Below are positions 44,738 through 58,796 of a DNA stretch of 64,000 bases, piece after piece; the stretch's first letter is position 1; the number at the start of each line of letters is the position of its first letter. The translations under genes were made by a program, and so were the position numbers. The stretch spans positions 186,001 through 250,000 of the forward strand of contig BQFW01000015.1 of NCBI GenBank assembly GCA_020891255.1, written 5' to 3'. This stretch comes from Entomortierella parvispora E1425 (taxonomy: Eukaryota; Fungi; Mortierellomycota). Under the pieces are notes generated by a model. That model searched no databases. It saw nothing but the letters and a program-made list of their open reading frames with translations, and was not told where the DNA came from.

Positions 44738-46431
44738 ATGGAACACGCTCAGGAAGAACACCAGCTTGAGTTGGAAGAAGAGGAGGAGGCTTATGCCAGC
44801 CACATGCCCAGTACGTTATGCGGTCTTATTGCTGCATTGCAATTCTCAGAGGTTCGGGGCACCGACGCTTTCATTGGACCAGAATGGCTAACATTTGCGT
44901 TTCTTCTTTTCCTCTTCCCGATCCTCTGCATTGTTCAAAGTTGAAAAGCTCGAGGTAGGTCCTCATGATTCCAGCTCTCTGCTTTGCCTCAAGTGAATGA
45001 GCAAATCTCGTCCTAACTTTTTTTTATTTGTTTGAATTCTCGCAGGAATGTGGCATTCAGGCTGCTGACATCAAGAAACTCAGGGATGGAGGATACTACA
45101 CAGTAGAGGCGATTGCTTATACCCCAAAGAAGGCTATTCTTACTATCAAGGGAATTTCAGATGCCAAGGCTGACAAGATTATCACAGAAGGTACATAGTG
45201 GATGGATGATTGTACTTGTTACGCGTGCAGCACCGGTACTATTTTGCTGACTCTCCCCCTCATGCTCTGCCTTGTAGCCTCAAAACTAGTGCCCATGGGA
45301 TTTACTACTGCGACAGAATTTCATCAGCGCAGGAGCGGGTTGCTACAGATCACCACTGGATCGGGCGAGCTGGATAAGTTGTTGGGAGGAGGCATCGAAA
45401 CGGGCGCCATCACGGAGCTGTTTGGAGAGTTCAGAACCGGAAAGAGTCAAATCTGTCACATGTTGGCTGTGACCTGCCAGGTGAAGATACAACCATGGAA
45501 GAGATAATGCAGTTTTCATGCGTTAGTAGGACTCTTGGGAAAATATCTAACCCAATCTCTTGACATATCTAGTTGCCAACGGCCATGAATGGTGGAGAGG
45601 GCAAATGCCTCTATATTGATACTGAGGGAACTTTCCGCCCTGAGCGCCTGCTCTCTATTGCCGAAAGGTGAGGAACCCTGGAGTGCAATTGGATGGCATG
45701 TATTTAAACAAGGGCTCTACTAAAACAGCCCCTACGCATTTTGTAGATATGGAATGAACGGAGAGGAGGTCTTGGAGAATGTCGCTTATGCCCGTGCCTA
45801 CAACACAGATCATCAGATGAACCTCTTGGTCCAGGCTGCTGCCATGATGTCGGAAAGTCGGTTTGCATTGTTGATTGTTGACAGTGCCACATCCTTGTAC
45901 AGAACCGACTTTTCAGGCAGAGGCGAGTTGTCCGCTCGACAAATGCATATGGCTCGATTCCTCCGAAACCTTCAGCGCCTTGCTGATGAGGTATGATGAC
46001 CGGATCCTAACGACTCATCGACAGCAAATATCCTGGACAGTTGAGCACATCATCCTAATCAACACTTGTTTATTTGTTCATAGTTTGGTGTCGCAGTTGT
46101 TATCACAAATCAGGTTGTTGCTCAGGTGGATGGCATGGCCATGTTCAGTGCAGACAGCAAAAAGCCTATCGGCGGTAACATCATGGCCCATTCTTCAACC
46201 ACAAGGTAGGCATTGGTTCTAGGCAATACCTTCATTATCGATGGAGACTGGTTTTCAAGGACTTACTTTTTATTTTTTATTTTTTATCTCGATGAAATGA
46301 CTAGACTTTCTTTGCGCAAGGCTCGAGGAGAGAACCGTATTTGCAAGGTCTATGACTCACCCTGCTTGCCTGAGGCAGAAGCCCAGTTCTCAATCGGAAC
46401 CCATGGCATTGCCGATGCTGTTGAAGCTTAA
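44738..46431 (+). CDS. RAD51: Rad51 recombinase (340 aa), 8 exons: 44738-44810, 44941-44954, 45046-45190, 45278-45480, 45573-45667, 45747-45990, 46084-46205, 46305-46431
   Basis: [13 protein letters not shown], Walker [10 protein letters not shown], Walker [24 protein letters not shown] and [15 protein letters not shown]. All introns are GT-AG and phases are consistent (1023 nt). Confidence 0.97.
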
Positions 46432-46596
46432 AGAAACAACCTTCATCCCCAGGAGCTGTTCTCTGTCGTATTTGACAATGAACCCACCAACCCTCTGTAT
46501 ATTAAACGATAAAGCACTGTCTTTCGATGGTACTCTAAGCACTAGTCTATTGAAAACAAAAAATACACTTTGAAAAAATATTCCCAACCTCCCCAC

Positions 46597-48463
46597 TCAA
46601 ACGGCTACAAACACCTCTCGATTTGTTCTAAAGCGGATGGCAACCAAGAGAGCTAAACAAAGAAAATCAATGGTGCCCACAAAAATAGCCGCGCCCCTGT
46701 TCCCGCCATTCTCGTGGTTGACAATGACCGACGTCAAGGGCGATCCAAGAATGTAACCTAAACTGGTGGAAAAAATGACAAAGCTCATGGCCGAAGGCAT
46801 CCTATCGAGCGTGACGGTCTTGCTGGCCGCCACCATGAACAACAGGGAGAGGACGCCCTGGAATCCTCCAAAGAGGGCCATGAACGCGGCCAGGACCGCG
46901 AACGAATGGGCCATCATCCAGAGCACCAAGCAGGATGTACCGGCGACAAGGGCACTCAGGATCATGGTGTTCAAGGCCCCGACACGATCGGCCACAAGGC
47001 CCATGATGGGTCTGAGGATGACGGTCGTGCCTGTCGAGACACTGATCAACGAAGCCGCTTGTCCGCTCGTGAGGCCAATGGAAGTCGCGTAGGTGGGCAC
47101 GAGTACGATGGGTGCGTAATAGGCCAAGGCGAAAAGCATGGCTGCAATGACCAAGAGTGTGTAGTTGACGCTTTGAAAGACGGAAAAGCCGAGGTGAATC
47201 CTGGGGGCTTCCCGTTTGGCGGGGGAGGGTGAAAGTGGCAGGGGAGGGGTGGCAATCCTGATCTCATCTGCATCCTGCTGCTGTTGTTGCTGTCGAGGTT
47301 GTTGAGATTGAGGTTGAGGTTGAGGTTGAGGTTGGGGTGGTTGCTCCAAGTCGAACTTTCGCAAAGGGGCAGGGGCTGAGAAAGAGAACAAGGGGCGAAT
47401 ACAACCTATTGCGATGGCGACGCACGCGATCAAGATACCACCTATGATTCGGATCGTGGAGCGGTATCCATATCGGTCAAGCATGTAGCCCATCAATGGC
47501 GTGAGCGTTGCACCTCCAATGCTGGAGCCGGCAGAGGCGATTCCACAAGTGAAGGCACGCTTCTTGAAAAAGTACTGATTCAAGGCCGCACATGAGGTGA
47601 TGTAGAGGAAACAAGTACCCAATCCAAATGGGATGGCCTAGAAGAGAAGGAAGAGAATGGAGCGTGGAGGGGATCGGGGGGAGCAAAAAATGGTTAAGAA
47701 CACCAACAGGTTGAGAATCAAAACAAACCCTTTTTTTGATGGGATCTGCATCGTGCAGGGGGGTCAGCATTGTTGTTGTCGGCGGCTGTGCATCGTGGGG
47801 GGCGGCAGGCGTTGTCTCCTTATGTTGTAGATTTACCAAACTGAAGTAAAGATGCCAGGCCTGAGTCGCGAAACTACCGCCGATAAAGCCAATGCTTCCC
47901 AGGATGAGGCCAAAGGACAGGACGAGCTTGGTGCCCAGGATACTGTTCAAGAGCACGACCATGGGAGCGGCCACATAGACAGAAGCGCAACCGATGGAGC
48001 CGATCCAGGTCAATTGCTGGCTGTCGGTGTCGGGAAACGTTTGGTTGGCAAGGAAATATTCTTGAAGAATGCCCCAGACAGCGTTCATGCCCAACATCCT
48101 AAAAGCGAATAAAGAGGGGTCAGGGAAAACTTCCTCCTCCTTCCTTCCATCATCAAGAATCTCCCTCTCTGAGGTGGGACAGGGAGGTTCATGTCTTGGG
48201 GCTCCCAGTCTGCTTGTTGCGAGCTCTTGACTTGTAGTTCCTTCTTTTTTTTCGATCTTGATTTACCAATAGGTAATGACAAATGTTCCGCCGAGAACAA
48301 ACCATCCAAAGCCACCTTCAGGATAGTACTCCTGACTGGGATTATAGTCTTCTTGTTGGGGTTTTGAGGAGGAAGGCATGGATATTTGTGTAGCGTGGGT
48401 GTCTTGGGTGAGTTGTTGTTGATCCGTAAAGCTGGATTTGTCGGACGGTTCACTGGTAGCCAT
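46597..48463 (-). CDS. MFS monocarboxylate-porter (MCH-like) transporter, exons 48463-48267, 48098-47837, 47637-46597
   Basis: YPEGGFGWFV, WGILQEYF, QYFFKKRAFTCGIASAGSSIGG and GLVADRVG motifs; GT-AG introns join in frame. Confidence 0.88.
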
Positions 48464-50822
48464 TGCAAAATGAATAGAAGGCGAGGAAATAGTAGATGTA
48501 TGTGTTTGTGTTTTTGATGGGAGTCTGAGGAGTCAAGAGGATTGGAATCAAGCTTCTTTTAAAGGGGACTTTCTGGTACCATGAGCAGCCGTTGCTGTCA
48601 TGGGTATGAGCGGTTTTTTTTCATCTCCTCTCTTTGTTGACCGCCATGACGGTGCGGGTACCTAGTCAAGGTTTGGGTGTGGATAGAAAGAGCTAAACAC
48701 AGTGGCGTATTCCCATGGGCCACACCAACTCGCCCTGTTAGCAAAGCTGGGCTGACTTCATTCAATTGTCATTCATTTTGGGTAAGACTCAGCATCCACA
48801 TAGACGATCATTCAGCCCCGATCGAGGATAGGATGACTCAGTCCCCCGTCTTTTATTCTCGTTGTGGCAGTTGTGTCTTGTGGCCCTCCTGTCTGTGCAA
48901 CAGAGTTGCCGAGGTTGTTTATTTTGGACAACACTGGGAACGCTGTGGGGATCATTATTGGTGCTCATGCTCTCTCTCGTGTGGGCAACAAGGCGGATAA
49001 ATGGTAAGTCATCCTCGCCCAGACGGCTGAGTCTTCGGCAATCAGCTTCTTGTAAAGAGGAATGTCAAAAAACGCACGGTGCATGCAATGTTGCGACGCT
49101 ACTCTTGGCCCATTCTCCTTTCTGGGCTTGGATCACCCCCCTCTTCCTTCCGAAAACCGACAAAAAAAAATTATTCGTTTTTCTGGACTTGAACTCTCTT
49201 TCCCTCTTCTGACTTCTGATGACAGCAGGACGCCCTCTCTCCATTCGAGGGAGTTTCTCCGCTCGGCAAGCTGCAGCTGTCAGCGCCGCTCTCGTTTCGT
49301 CACCTTTTTGGGCCCTTTCAAAGAAAGCCCTGACAACCGCTCAGGACAAGGGCTAGAATCGCGTGCGAGAGATCTACGGACGTGGGTAAATATAGGCAGC
49401 GCTACCAGCAAACAAACAAACAACAAATAAGCAGCAAACAAAGTAACAAACAAACAAGCACGCGAATGCTGTTTTGGAGGTGGTTTGCCGCCCAACGGTG
49501 AGCTGTGTGAATGAATGGTCGGCTGTTCTTCTTCCTGGCGAAAGGCGTCTACCGACAATCAATCCTACGTTTCGCGATCCTTCAGGGACAGGTCGTTGCA
49601 TAGTCTCAAGGCACTTTTTGCCCTGGGGAAGAAAAACAAGTCAATGGTCAAAGTGTGGATTCCGAGAACACACATTGGCATCTTCAAAAATGCAGAGCCT
49701 TATTTAGTAGCATTAGTAGCACAAGGACGCAAGAATGACGGGTGTTACTTCCTTTATCCTCCTCAAGTTGCTTTAGTCTTCCTCAATGGTCTCCGTCCTA
49801 AGTGGATGGCAGAACAGTGCCACTCGCGTTGATCAGCCTGTATCCATAGCTGCTTCTATAGAAAGACTGCACGGATCGAATTGCAAGTGAATGAGCAAGT
49901 GCATGTATGCGAAAATGAATGAGAGAATGAATGAAAAGCGAACGCGGAGTTGACAGGTGTGATGATGCGCAGTCTGCAGGGACACGCCTAGTTGCCTAGT
50001 TTGCGGCTATTGCTGTGCGCAAGATTTTTTCTTTCTTTCTTTGATCTATTCTTCTAGCTACAGTTCCTTGTGTTTTCCGATCTGGAGCATAGAGAAATAG
50101 GGGATATTGACGCGCCTTTTGTCTCATTAGGCCATAAGGGATCAGCGGCATTCCACTGTTCTCGCTTTGAAGGCGCAATGCTATCGCCTATGATGCGGTA
50201 AATGATGTCCGAGTTGGGCTATCCATCTACGGCTCAAATCCTCGGAGGTCCACTCTTTGTTAGTGTCGGTATCCCTTCCTACTTTGCCCCGCGTTCTATT
50301 CTCTAGACCTGCTCCAACAAAAAAAGTGTCAGGAAAAGGGACAGAAAACAAAGACGAAGAGGGCTGCGAAACTCCCAAAGATTCTTGGCCACTTCTCAGG
50401 ACCATTCCCACGGGACCATTTCTTAGCCACCTCTCAGCCACTTCCCTGCCCAAATCTACTTCGCCACATCCCACAGGACCATTTTATGGCCACACTTGCT
50501 TCCGTGCACTCCCTCGGACTCGACTTCCGCTCGCTCTACTTTGACTTCCAGTCCATCCCCCCCAGTGCCACGATTTTTGCACCCCACGTTGTTCTTGTTT
50601 CCATTTGTTTTCACACCCGTCTGTTTTTGCGACTTTTCTCCCTGTACTTGGTTCGACCTCCAACCACAGCGCGGGTGCCTTCTTCAATCTCTGTCTCGCA
50701 CTGTTGTGACCTTTTTCACTCTCGGTTCGACCTTTGTCTGGGATTTGCCCGTGCACGGATTTTCCCCTTCCCCCCCCCCCCCTTTTTTTTTGTGGTTTTG
50801 TTCGGCTTGTTTGCTGGTCGGA

Positions 50823-50858
50823 TTTGCTCTGCACTTTGCTCTGCACTTTGCTCTGCAC
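50823..50858. repeat. 12-bp tandem repeat (TTTGCTCTGCAC)x3
   Basis: Three perfect copies in the intergenic region between the divergent MFS genes. Confidence 0.9.
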
Positions 50859-51781
50859 CTTTTTCAATAAAGAAACGGTCCTCGGATCATTCCACCCATT
50901 AAAATGGTTTCAACAACGATGGACATCGTAAAGGAACGGCCCACCTTCCAGGGTGTTCCGAGCCTGTCTCCTGATAAAGACTTTGACGCCCATCGCACAC
51001 TCTTTGTAGCTATTCAGAGAGATAACAAGAAGCTTCAAAAAGCGAAGGGATCTTCGCAGACAGAGAAGCGAGAAACCCAAGAATCTCTTTGAGGAAAGGG
51101 GAACGCCGCCTGCCTTCTTTCTCTCTCTCTTCCTTGTGGACGAAAGCTGGTCCGCAGAGGGCAAATCGAGGGACGCCAGTTTAGTTGCCTTGCGCCACCA
51201 AAAAAAAAAAAAAAAAAAAACATGCCTTTTCCTTGTTCCCAGTGAACGAAGACACGTCTTCAACAGACGGTGGCTCAAAGCTTCCTGTAGTTTCCTTTCT
51301 TCCGTGTGGAGATGAAGAATGGGCGAGTGAATGAACACAAGAATGAATGAGAGGTGAATGCAGTGCTTACGTTCAAAAGAACCAAGAGCCAGGGTCAATG
51401 GCAGACACTCTGCGCTGCCTTACCGTGTCTGCTTGCCTATGCTTACCTCTGCAGGCAGTAAAAGTCCCCATGAGCAAGTTATATCGCGGGTGGTTTCCTG
51501 GGACAATGGTGCCTCCCCCCCTTTTCAAATTTTGTGATTGGTGTCCAGCTGCAGCTGGATGCGGGTATGAGTACCGACGCGCCGTGGTCCCTTAAAGCCA
51601 GGAGGACCATGGATAGATCCACTGTTTTCGTCATCCTCCCTCAGCACTTTTTTCTTCTTTTTTATCGCTTTACTTCTTTCCCTCAGAGCTGTTCCTTTCC
51701 TCATCCCTCTCCCTTGTTCAGTCCCCCATTTTTTTTTTTTTTTTTTTTTTTTGCCAAACTCCACACACTCGTACTTCAAAG

Positions 51782-53571
51782 ATGACAGGATCACAAGCCG
51801 CCTCGCCTTCTACTTCTTCACACCACACTAACCATACCGACCTCGTTCCTTCCACAGCACTCGACAACGACAGGCCTTTGGCAGATAGCCCAGATGATGG
51901 ACCTTCCGTAATCCAGAATGACGCTGAACAGGAAGAATACCCTGAAGGAGGATATGGATGGTTTGTACTTGCTGGATCCTTTGTCATGGCGTTCTGGTAA
52001 GTCTTTAAAGAAAGGATGGCCGATATCCGTCGCAGAGATGGAGGAATGGCCATCGATCTGCAGTCGGAGCTTGGACTGCAACCCTACCATTTTTTTAAGC
52101 TAAAAAATGGATATTCATATTATTACTACCTTAGGACCATTGGTGTTGCGCTTTGTTATGGCATCTTTGAGGAGTACTTTCTGGACAGCCAATACTTTCC
52201 AAACACGAGTGCCCAAAATCTTGCCTGGATGGGTTCCGTAGGGATGTTTAGCACATGGGTCGTGGCGCCTGTCATTGTAGTCCTGAATGCTCACCTGGGA
52301 ATCCGAAGAGTCCTTTGGATTGGTGTCTTCCTGACCACCTCTGGATTGGTCTGCAGCAGCTTCATTATTTCCTCTTGGCAGCTCTATTTCACTCTGGTAA
52401 CGGGAGGGATCGGACAGTTGGGGTGCTATCTCTGTGGTGAATGAAAGAATGTTTGAAAGATGCGAATGTTGACAGTAGTTTGTTATTGGACAATTATAGT
52501 CGATCCCTATGGGACTAGGTGGTTGCATCCTCTATTTCACTTCAACGACAGTGATGTTGCAATACTTTTACAAGAGACGCGCCTTGGCTACGGGCATTGC
52601 TTCTGCAGGATCGAGTATCGGAGGCACAGTGTTATCGCCTTTAATGCGGTACATGATGACCGAGTTGGGTTATCCATCTACAGCCCGGATTCTTGGAGGC
52701 ATGCTGTTTATCAGCGTTGGTATCGCTTCTTGCTTTATCAAGCCTCTCGCTCCGCTTTCTGGGCCTAATCCGACCAGCGATACAGAGTCAGCAAACAGGA
52801 CAGACAACAAAGAAGAGGACGGGTTTACTACATCTCGTCCACCGATTATTGTGAGCCGCCCTGAACCAAAGATCAATCTTGACTTCAGTGTTTTCAAAAG
52901 TCTCGACTACGCTCTGTTGTTCGTTGCCACTTTTCGCGCTTGCATACATGTCCCCGCTTATCGTCATTCCCTCCTATGCGACCTCAATTGGCCTCACGTC
53001 GACTCAGTCCGCGTCATTGGTCAGCCTTTCTACGGTCACCACCATTGTTTCAAGAATTGGATTGGGTTACTTGGCTGACTCGTGGGGGACACTCAATACC
53101 ATTTTGATGTGTTCACTCGTTGCGGGGATTTCCTGTTTGGCCTTGTGGATGCCGGCTCACTCCTTTTCTGAATTGGCTGCTTTCATGGGAATCTTTGGTG
53201 GGTTTCAAGGAGCCTTGTTGTCACTGTTTCCGGTTGTTGCCAGCAAGACCGTGACTCTTGATCGCATGCCCTCGGCCATGAGCTTTATCTTTGTTGCAGT
53301 CAGCCTTGGTTTGTTCCTTGGATCACCCTTGACCTCTTTGATCGTAACGTCGCAACATGGGAGCAACCGCGGGGCGGCCATCTTTGTCGCCATTCTAGAT
53401 TTTCTGCTCTTTACGACTGTGGGCATCATTCGATTGAGGGCAGGGTCTCAAGCGTCCATAGCTGTGAACAGAGCAGAACTCAATAAATTTTCATTTGGCA
53501 ACATACTCGGGGCTCCTTGCCCCGAGCGGGATTTTTTTTTTCTTTTTCTTTTGGGTCCCTGCTGGTCCTAA
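51782..53571 (+). pseudogene. MFS monocarboxylate-porter paralogue with a frameshift at about 52931-52935; exons 51782-51996, 52135-52396, 52500-end
   Basis: Same motifs and the same two intron positions as the 46597-48463 gene. The reading frame switches at gccacttttcgcg (LFVAT / FALAYMSP), with no room for an intron. Confidence 0.75.
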
Positions 53572-56262
53572 AGGGGCTTTCTCTTTCTCCTTCCTCTGCA
53601 TTCAGATTCGATTCCTTCATCCAGTGGATCAGGTAGATGTGTTTGAGCGTCTTTTGTTGACGGATCCCTGCCGTTGTCAGGTTGGGTGCACCCCTTTTGT
53701 TTTCATCCTGCCACTGTAACTGCGGCTGCAGAAAAAAAAATACTCCAAGGGTCTGGCGCAGTAAACAATTCAATAGTTCGGGAACCCCCCCGTCCCCTGG
53801 TATCTCGGACAGCGTAGTTGACCCATCTTATTGGTTACATTTTCGACACGGACAATTGGTCTCCTCTTTTGGTCTTTGTTGGCCGAATGGCCCAACCGTA
53901 CTCGCACAACGTACCCAATTGTGTGTCATTCCTGCACACAAAAAGAGAAAACCACCCAAAGGCTCCCCCCAACAACGATCATAAAGGCAGGGCTACTGCA
54001 AATGCGATGAAGAGCGTGGAATTACTTTGTCACTCTGCTCAAGAAGGTTCATTGCACAATACGCGTTTATTTCACAGAGTTGATCATAGTCCATGTATCT
54101 TTTCTCTATCTCAAAAAGGTCCATTATCACCACCATCCTCAGCACTACGGATACTCTAAGGGCTTTAGCATCCATCTAGAAGAAGTGGGAGAGGTCTTTT
54201 GAGATCATCAGATCCAATGTATTCAGATGAAGGGTGAGGTATCCTTCCCTAGTCGACTCGGGAATGTCAATAAATCACTCCTTGTTGACATCCAGGGCTC
54301 ATCAGAACCTCCAACTAGGTTCGTATGCGAGCGTTCTCTTGATTTTGCCCGTGCTCCGTGTGCTGCTGTCGTTGACTTGTATGGGACTGTGTCCTAGTGG
54401 TGAGAAAGCGAACCGTTAGTGGTCCTACTAATTCTCGAGACTTAGAAGGTGTGTCGACTGCCCAACTTGCTTTATGGCTTCTGCTGAGGATGTTATTAAG
54501 CCCCAGCCTTAAGAGTCGATTTGGTCGGCCCTGTCATTGATAGCGCTGAGTACATTGTGATGGACCCATCAGGTTCAAGAAGAGGCTCAAGGCTGGTGCT
54601 ATTAATCAAGCGTATGTGTCGAAGGTGATGGATACTTGAGCTATATCGAGTTGTCCAGGCATTGAGCCCTGGGGTAGTGAAGAAGACAGCCGGTTGGCAT
54701 CGGGATGGGTTGTGACTTTTGCGGCTTTATTGCTATCGCTGGGTTTCCTGTAATTGTCCATGACAAGAGCGGGCAATTCGTTCGCCTCGTGGTAGCTCCA
54801 GTGGGAGTCGGGCTGAACACCGACAGTATCAATGGTGATCCCGATCAGCTGATCCATCGCTGGATATGAGATCAAAGAGACTTCATCTTTTTTTGTTCCT
54901 CTAGTCGTTGTCCCTTGTCTGAAGTACATCCCGCATGCGAAGACCAGTTTACACCTGCGCCATCCTCTCGTGGCAAAATAAGCTCAAGCAACTTGGCTTG
55001 TCTGTCTCATCCGCGTGGCGACAGTGGGCGTTTCAAATGGAGGTAATGAGCCATTATCGCAGTAGGAGGGAACCGTGATCGTTTGCGGTAAAATGGCTCC
55101 TCCGAATATCGGGTTCAATGGGTCTTTGTGTTGTCAGTGTGAAGAGAGATCTCACGGGATCTGCAGGTGCCCATGGCTCGTGTTTGTGAAATGGAAATCC
55201 ACGCGACAATAGCCACTTCATGGGCAGAAGTGAGATGAATGGAATGCATGTCAAGTTCACAGCAGACAGGAATGACGAACCACGAAACTAAAGGGATGCA
55301 GATGAAAGGACAAGAATGAATGCTAGGGATGAATGAGGAATGGAAAGAATGCAGCCCGCCAGAGGCACTCAAAAGCTTCTTTCTGGTGTGTGCACGTGTA
55401 ATTTTGATTCTCTCTCTTTCTCTCTCAACTTCAAACACCTTGCGTCCCTCTCTCTTCAAGAGCGTTTGATCGCTTTGGGGAGGAAAGGGCGTAAAGTGGA
55501 TCAATGGACCAGACGCCAGTAGAAGTTTAAGAGTGCTGCAGTTGGCGTCCTGAATGTAGCCGGGATCCAGGCCACAGATATTAAAAACGCGCAGAGGAAA
55601 AGGAGAGTCGCACAAGGTGGACAATGCTCCCCAAAACGGCCAAATCAAGGAGGGACCCAAGAGGAGAGAGGTAGAAGAGGAGAGGAACAATAGTAGAAAG
55701 AGGTCAGAGGAACCAGCCAGGGACGGGAGGGGTGCCTGCACCATACAAAAGGCACAAAACAGGAGACTGGAGACATACATATCAAGGAGCCAGTAGGCGG
55801 GCGGGGCGGGCCTGGGCTTCGGATCAAAAAAGGCCAAAGGGCATCGTGTGCCCCCAGGTGCACAAGGACAAAAGTATGTCCTCGCTCGTTCTCTGAGGAC
55901 CATAAGGAGATCTGTCCATGGCGGGATTGGGTTCGTTTCTGTCACTACAGCCGTGTGGCCGCCTAGATGGGCCAATGGGCGGGGTATGGCCCAGTGCGTC
56001 CTTCCGTTTATGGGCGACAAGTACCGTGGCCGTATTTGGTGCTTGTGGACCGGCGGCCAGTGGTTGGCTGCAAGGGTAGAGGGGAAGCGCGCGACCACCA
56101 ATATTGGCCAGTGCTTGTTGGCCATTGGCTATGTGGCAGCGGTACTTTGCTACCAGTAGCCCACGGATCTGGATTGCATGCTCCGGCTAAAGGTTCGGGG
56201 GTCCAGGCAGCAGCCCTGCACGAGATCGACACTGTGTGCTTGGATCAACCCATGGGACCTGG

Positions 56263-56269
56263 TATAAAA
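56263..56269 (+). promoter_or_regulatory. TATA box (TATAAAA) of the amino-acid permease gene; probable 5'UTR intron 56444-56737
   Basis: TATAAAA is followed by a CT-rich leader, then a GTAAGA donor, CTAAC branch and TAG acceptor 60 nt before the ATG. Confidence 0.55.
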
Positions 56270-56796
56270 GACTGCCCCCCGCTTTATTTTTACTTCTTCT
56301 CCATCTTTCTGATCAGCCTCTCTCTCTTCCTTCTTCGCTCTCCCTCATTCCTCGCTCGCCTCCTGTGCACAGCCTTGGCAGCCACTTCCCCACTCCTATC
56401 ACACACGCTTACTCCTGTGCCTGCTCTGCCTTCATCCCGTTAGGTAAGATTTGCTCGTCTTCTCACCAAAGAAAAAACATCCGATCATTCTGCATCTTGC
56501 CTGCATTCTCCCTTCAGCCCACTTGTCCCTTGACCCCCTGTCATTATCGTCACTCCTGTTCTATGGAGGACGATTTGCTATGCACCCGACATCTATCAAC
56601 GTCACAGGACAAAGGGGGTGGTCCACAAGAGCGGATCGCACATTCATAAAGTCAAAGCCCTGCCCATGACATCTGGCCTTTTTTCACTTCTAACCGTCTT
56701 TTTCCCCTTCTCGTTCTGTTCATTCAACTCTTTCTAGAATCAAAACCAACACCAAACAGCTAAATCGTCATCCTTAGTCGTCCTCACTTTTATCAC

Positions 56797-58796
56797 ATGG
56801 ACTCTTCAAAAGAAGCTGCCGGCGCCAGCACCGGTCTCCCCTATACCCCTCAGTCTTCAGGGTCTCAAGACACTGCCATTTCCCATAGCCAGCTCAACTC
56901 GATGGACAGCGAAGAAAAGATCGCCATGCCTACCGTCGAAGAGATGTCATCCATGGATGCCTCTGGACTGAAACGCGACCTGCGTTTGCGTCACATGGTC
57001 ATGATTGCCATCTCGGGAACTATTGGTACCGGACTTTTCTTGACCTCTGGAAAGACTATCGCCACGGCTGGACCTCTTGGCGCGCGTAAGTGCAGACAAA
57101 ATGGATACAAGAAGGAAGAAAAAAAAAAAAAAAAAAAAAAAGGCGAAAAGGCAGATCGATATACCTTCTCAAAAGTATACCTTATCTTTTCTAACCATTT
57201 TAACCTTTCGCTCACTTTTGGTACAACTTTTTAGTCTTGGCTTATATGCTGATCGGATGCTGGTTGGTCTTTGTCTGCCAGGCTATTGGAGAGATCGCAA
57301 CTTTGTTGCCCTTGCCCGGTGCCTTTACTGCTTGGGGTGCCCGTGTCTTTGACGAAGCTTTCTCGTTCCAGATGACCTGGGTTTACTTCACCAACTGGGC
57401 ATTGACCATCCCCGCAGAACTGTCGGCTTCGTCCTTGATCATCGCATTCTGGCTTCCAGAAGACTCAAAGTTCCCCACCTGGCTTGTTCCTGTCATCATC
57501 ATCGTCGGCTTGGTCATCATCAACTTGGCTGGAGTGGTAGGTTTTCTATCCTTTTCCGCCCAATCGAAACCTTCATATCACATGATCCATTTCCGAAAAT
57601 GGTTTTTCTGACTTGATTCTTTTTTTTTTTCGTCTTTGCAGAAAGTTTATGGTGAAATCGAGTACTGGTTCAGTATTCTCAAGGTCGTCACCATCATTGT
57701 CTTCATCATCTGCGGTATCCTTGTCGATGCAGGAGCCGTCGGTGGTCATACCTATGGTATTGAGAACTGGCAGATCCCTGGTGCCCCATTCAAGGGTGGT
57801 TTCCGCTCCTTCCTCTCTGTCCTGGTCTCGGTCGGTTTTGCCTACGGAGGCACGGAGCTTTCCGGTGTCACCGCCGCCGAATCGCGCAACCCTCACAAGC
57901 ACGTCCCCAAGGCCGTCAACACAGTCCTGGTCCGTATTGCCGTCTTTTATATCCTCTCGATCTTCTTCCTGGCCTCGATCGTCCCCAACAACGATCCTCG
58001 TCTGCTCAACGCCGATGGCACTGTCTTGAACGCTCCTTTCACCATTGTCTTCCTCCAAGCCGGTATGAAGGGCGGAGCTTCGTACATGAACGCTGTCATC
58101 TTTACCTCGGTCGTTTCAGCCGCCAACTCTGATTTCTATGTCGCCACCCGTATGCTGATGTCCCTCTCCCGCAACGGATGGGCCCCCAAGATGATTGGCA
58201 GGACTAACAAGCGCGGTGTGCCAGTGGTGGCGGTCATGATCACCACTGCCTTCTCTTGCATTGCCTTGGTGATGATCTATGCCGGTGCTTCGACCGTCTT
58301 CAACTGGTTGGTCTCGCTCATCGGTTCCATCATCTTCTTGACTTGGTGCGGTATTCTCTTCCTGCATTTCCGCTTCAGAGCCTGCTGGAAGGCGCAAGGC
58401 CATTCGCCCACCGAGTTGCCCTACAGGTCTTGGGGATACCCCTATGGCCATTACCTGGCCTCGTTCATTGCCGCCTGCTGTGTGATTGCGTCTTTTTACC
58501 TGTCGATCTACGACAAGCCCGATGTTTCAGACACCACCTTGTTCCCCTTGGGTAGCAAGGACCCAGCGTACAAGAGTGCCATTGACACTTGGGCCCAGGG
58601 TCTTTTGGGCGCTTGGTTCCCATGGGCCTTGGCCTTGTCCTTGTATTTCGGCTACAAATTCGCCAAGGGCACCAAGATTGTGAACCCCGCCGACGCCGAC
58701 TTGGATACCGGACGCTGGATCCCTCCTCCAAAAATCCTCGAGGAAGAGTCGAAGCCAGTTCCCAAATGGAAGCAATTCCTTTCAAAGTTCGTGTAA
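56797..58796 (+). CDS. Amino-acid permease (APC superfamily, YAT/LysP-like), 581 aa, exons 56797-57085, 57235-57536, 57642-58796
   Basis: LKRDLRLRHMVMIAISGTIGTGLF, YGEIEYWFSILKV, FAYGGTE and AESRNP motifs; introns are GT-AG and in phase. Confidence 0.93.

Noticed and set aside
44738-46431. Functional link between RAD51 and the nearby Crypton recombinase
   Set aside because: They are 7 kb apart with MPO1 in between. Tyrosine recombinases do not need Rad51, so proximity alone is not evidence.
53990-54930. Short minus-strand ORFs (60-107 aa) that may be another decayed gene
   Set aside because: No continuous frame or recognisable motif could be reconstructed.
55115-56443. 336-aa minus-strand ORF and overlapping plus-strand ORFs
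   Set aside because: They have compositionally odd, motif-free translations spanning the permease promoter, so they are likely spurious.
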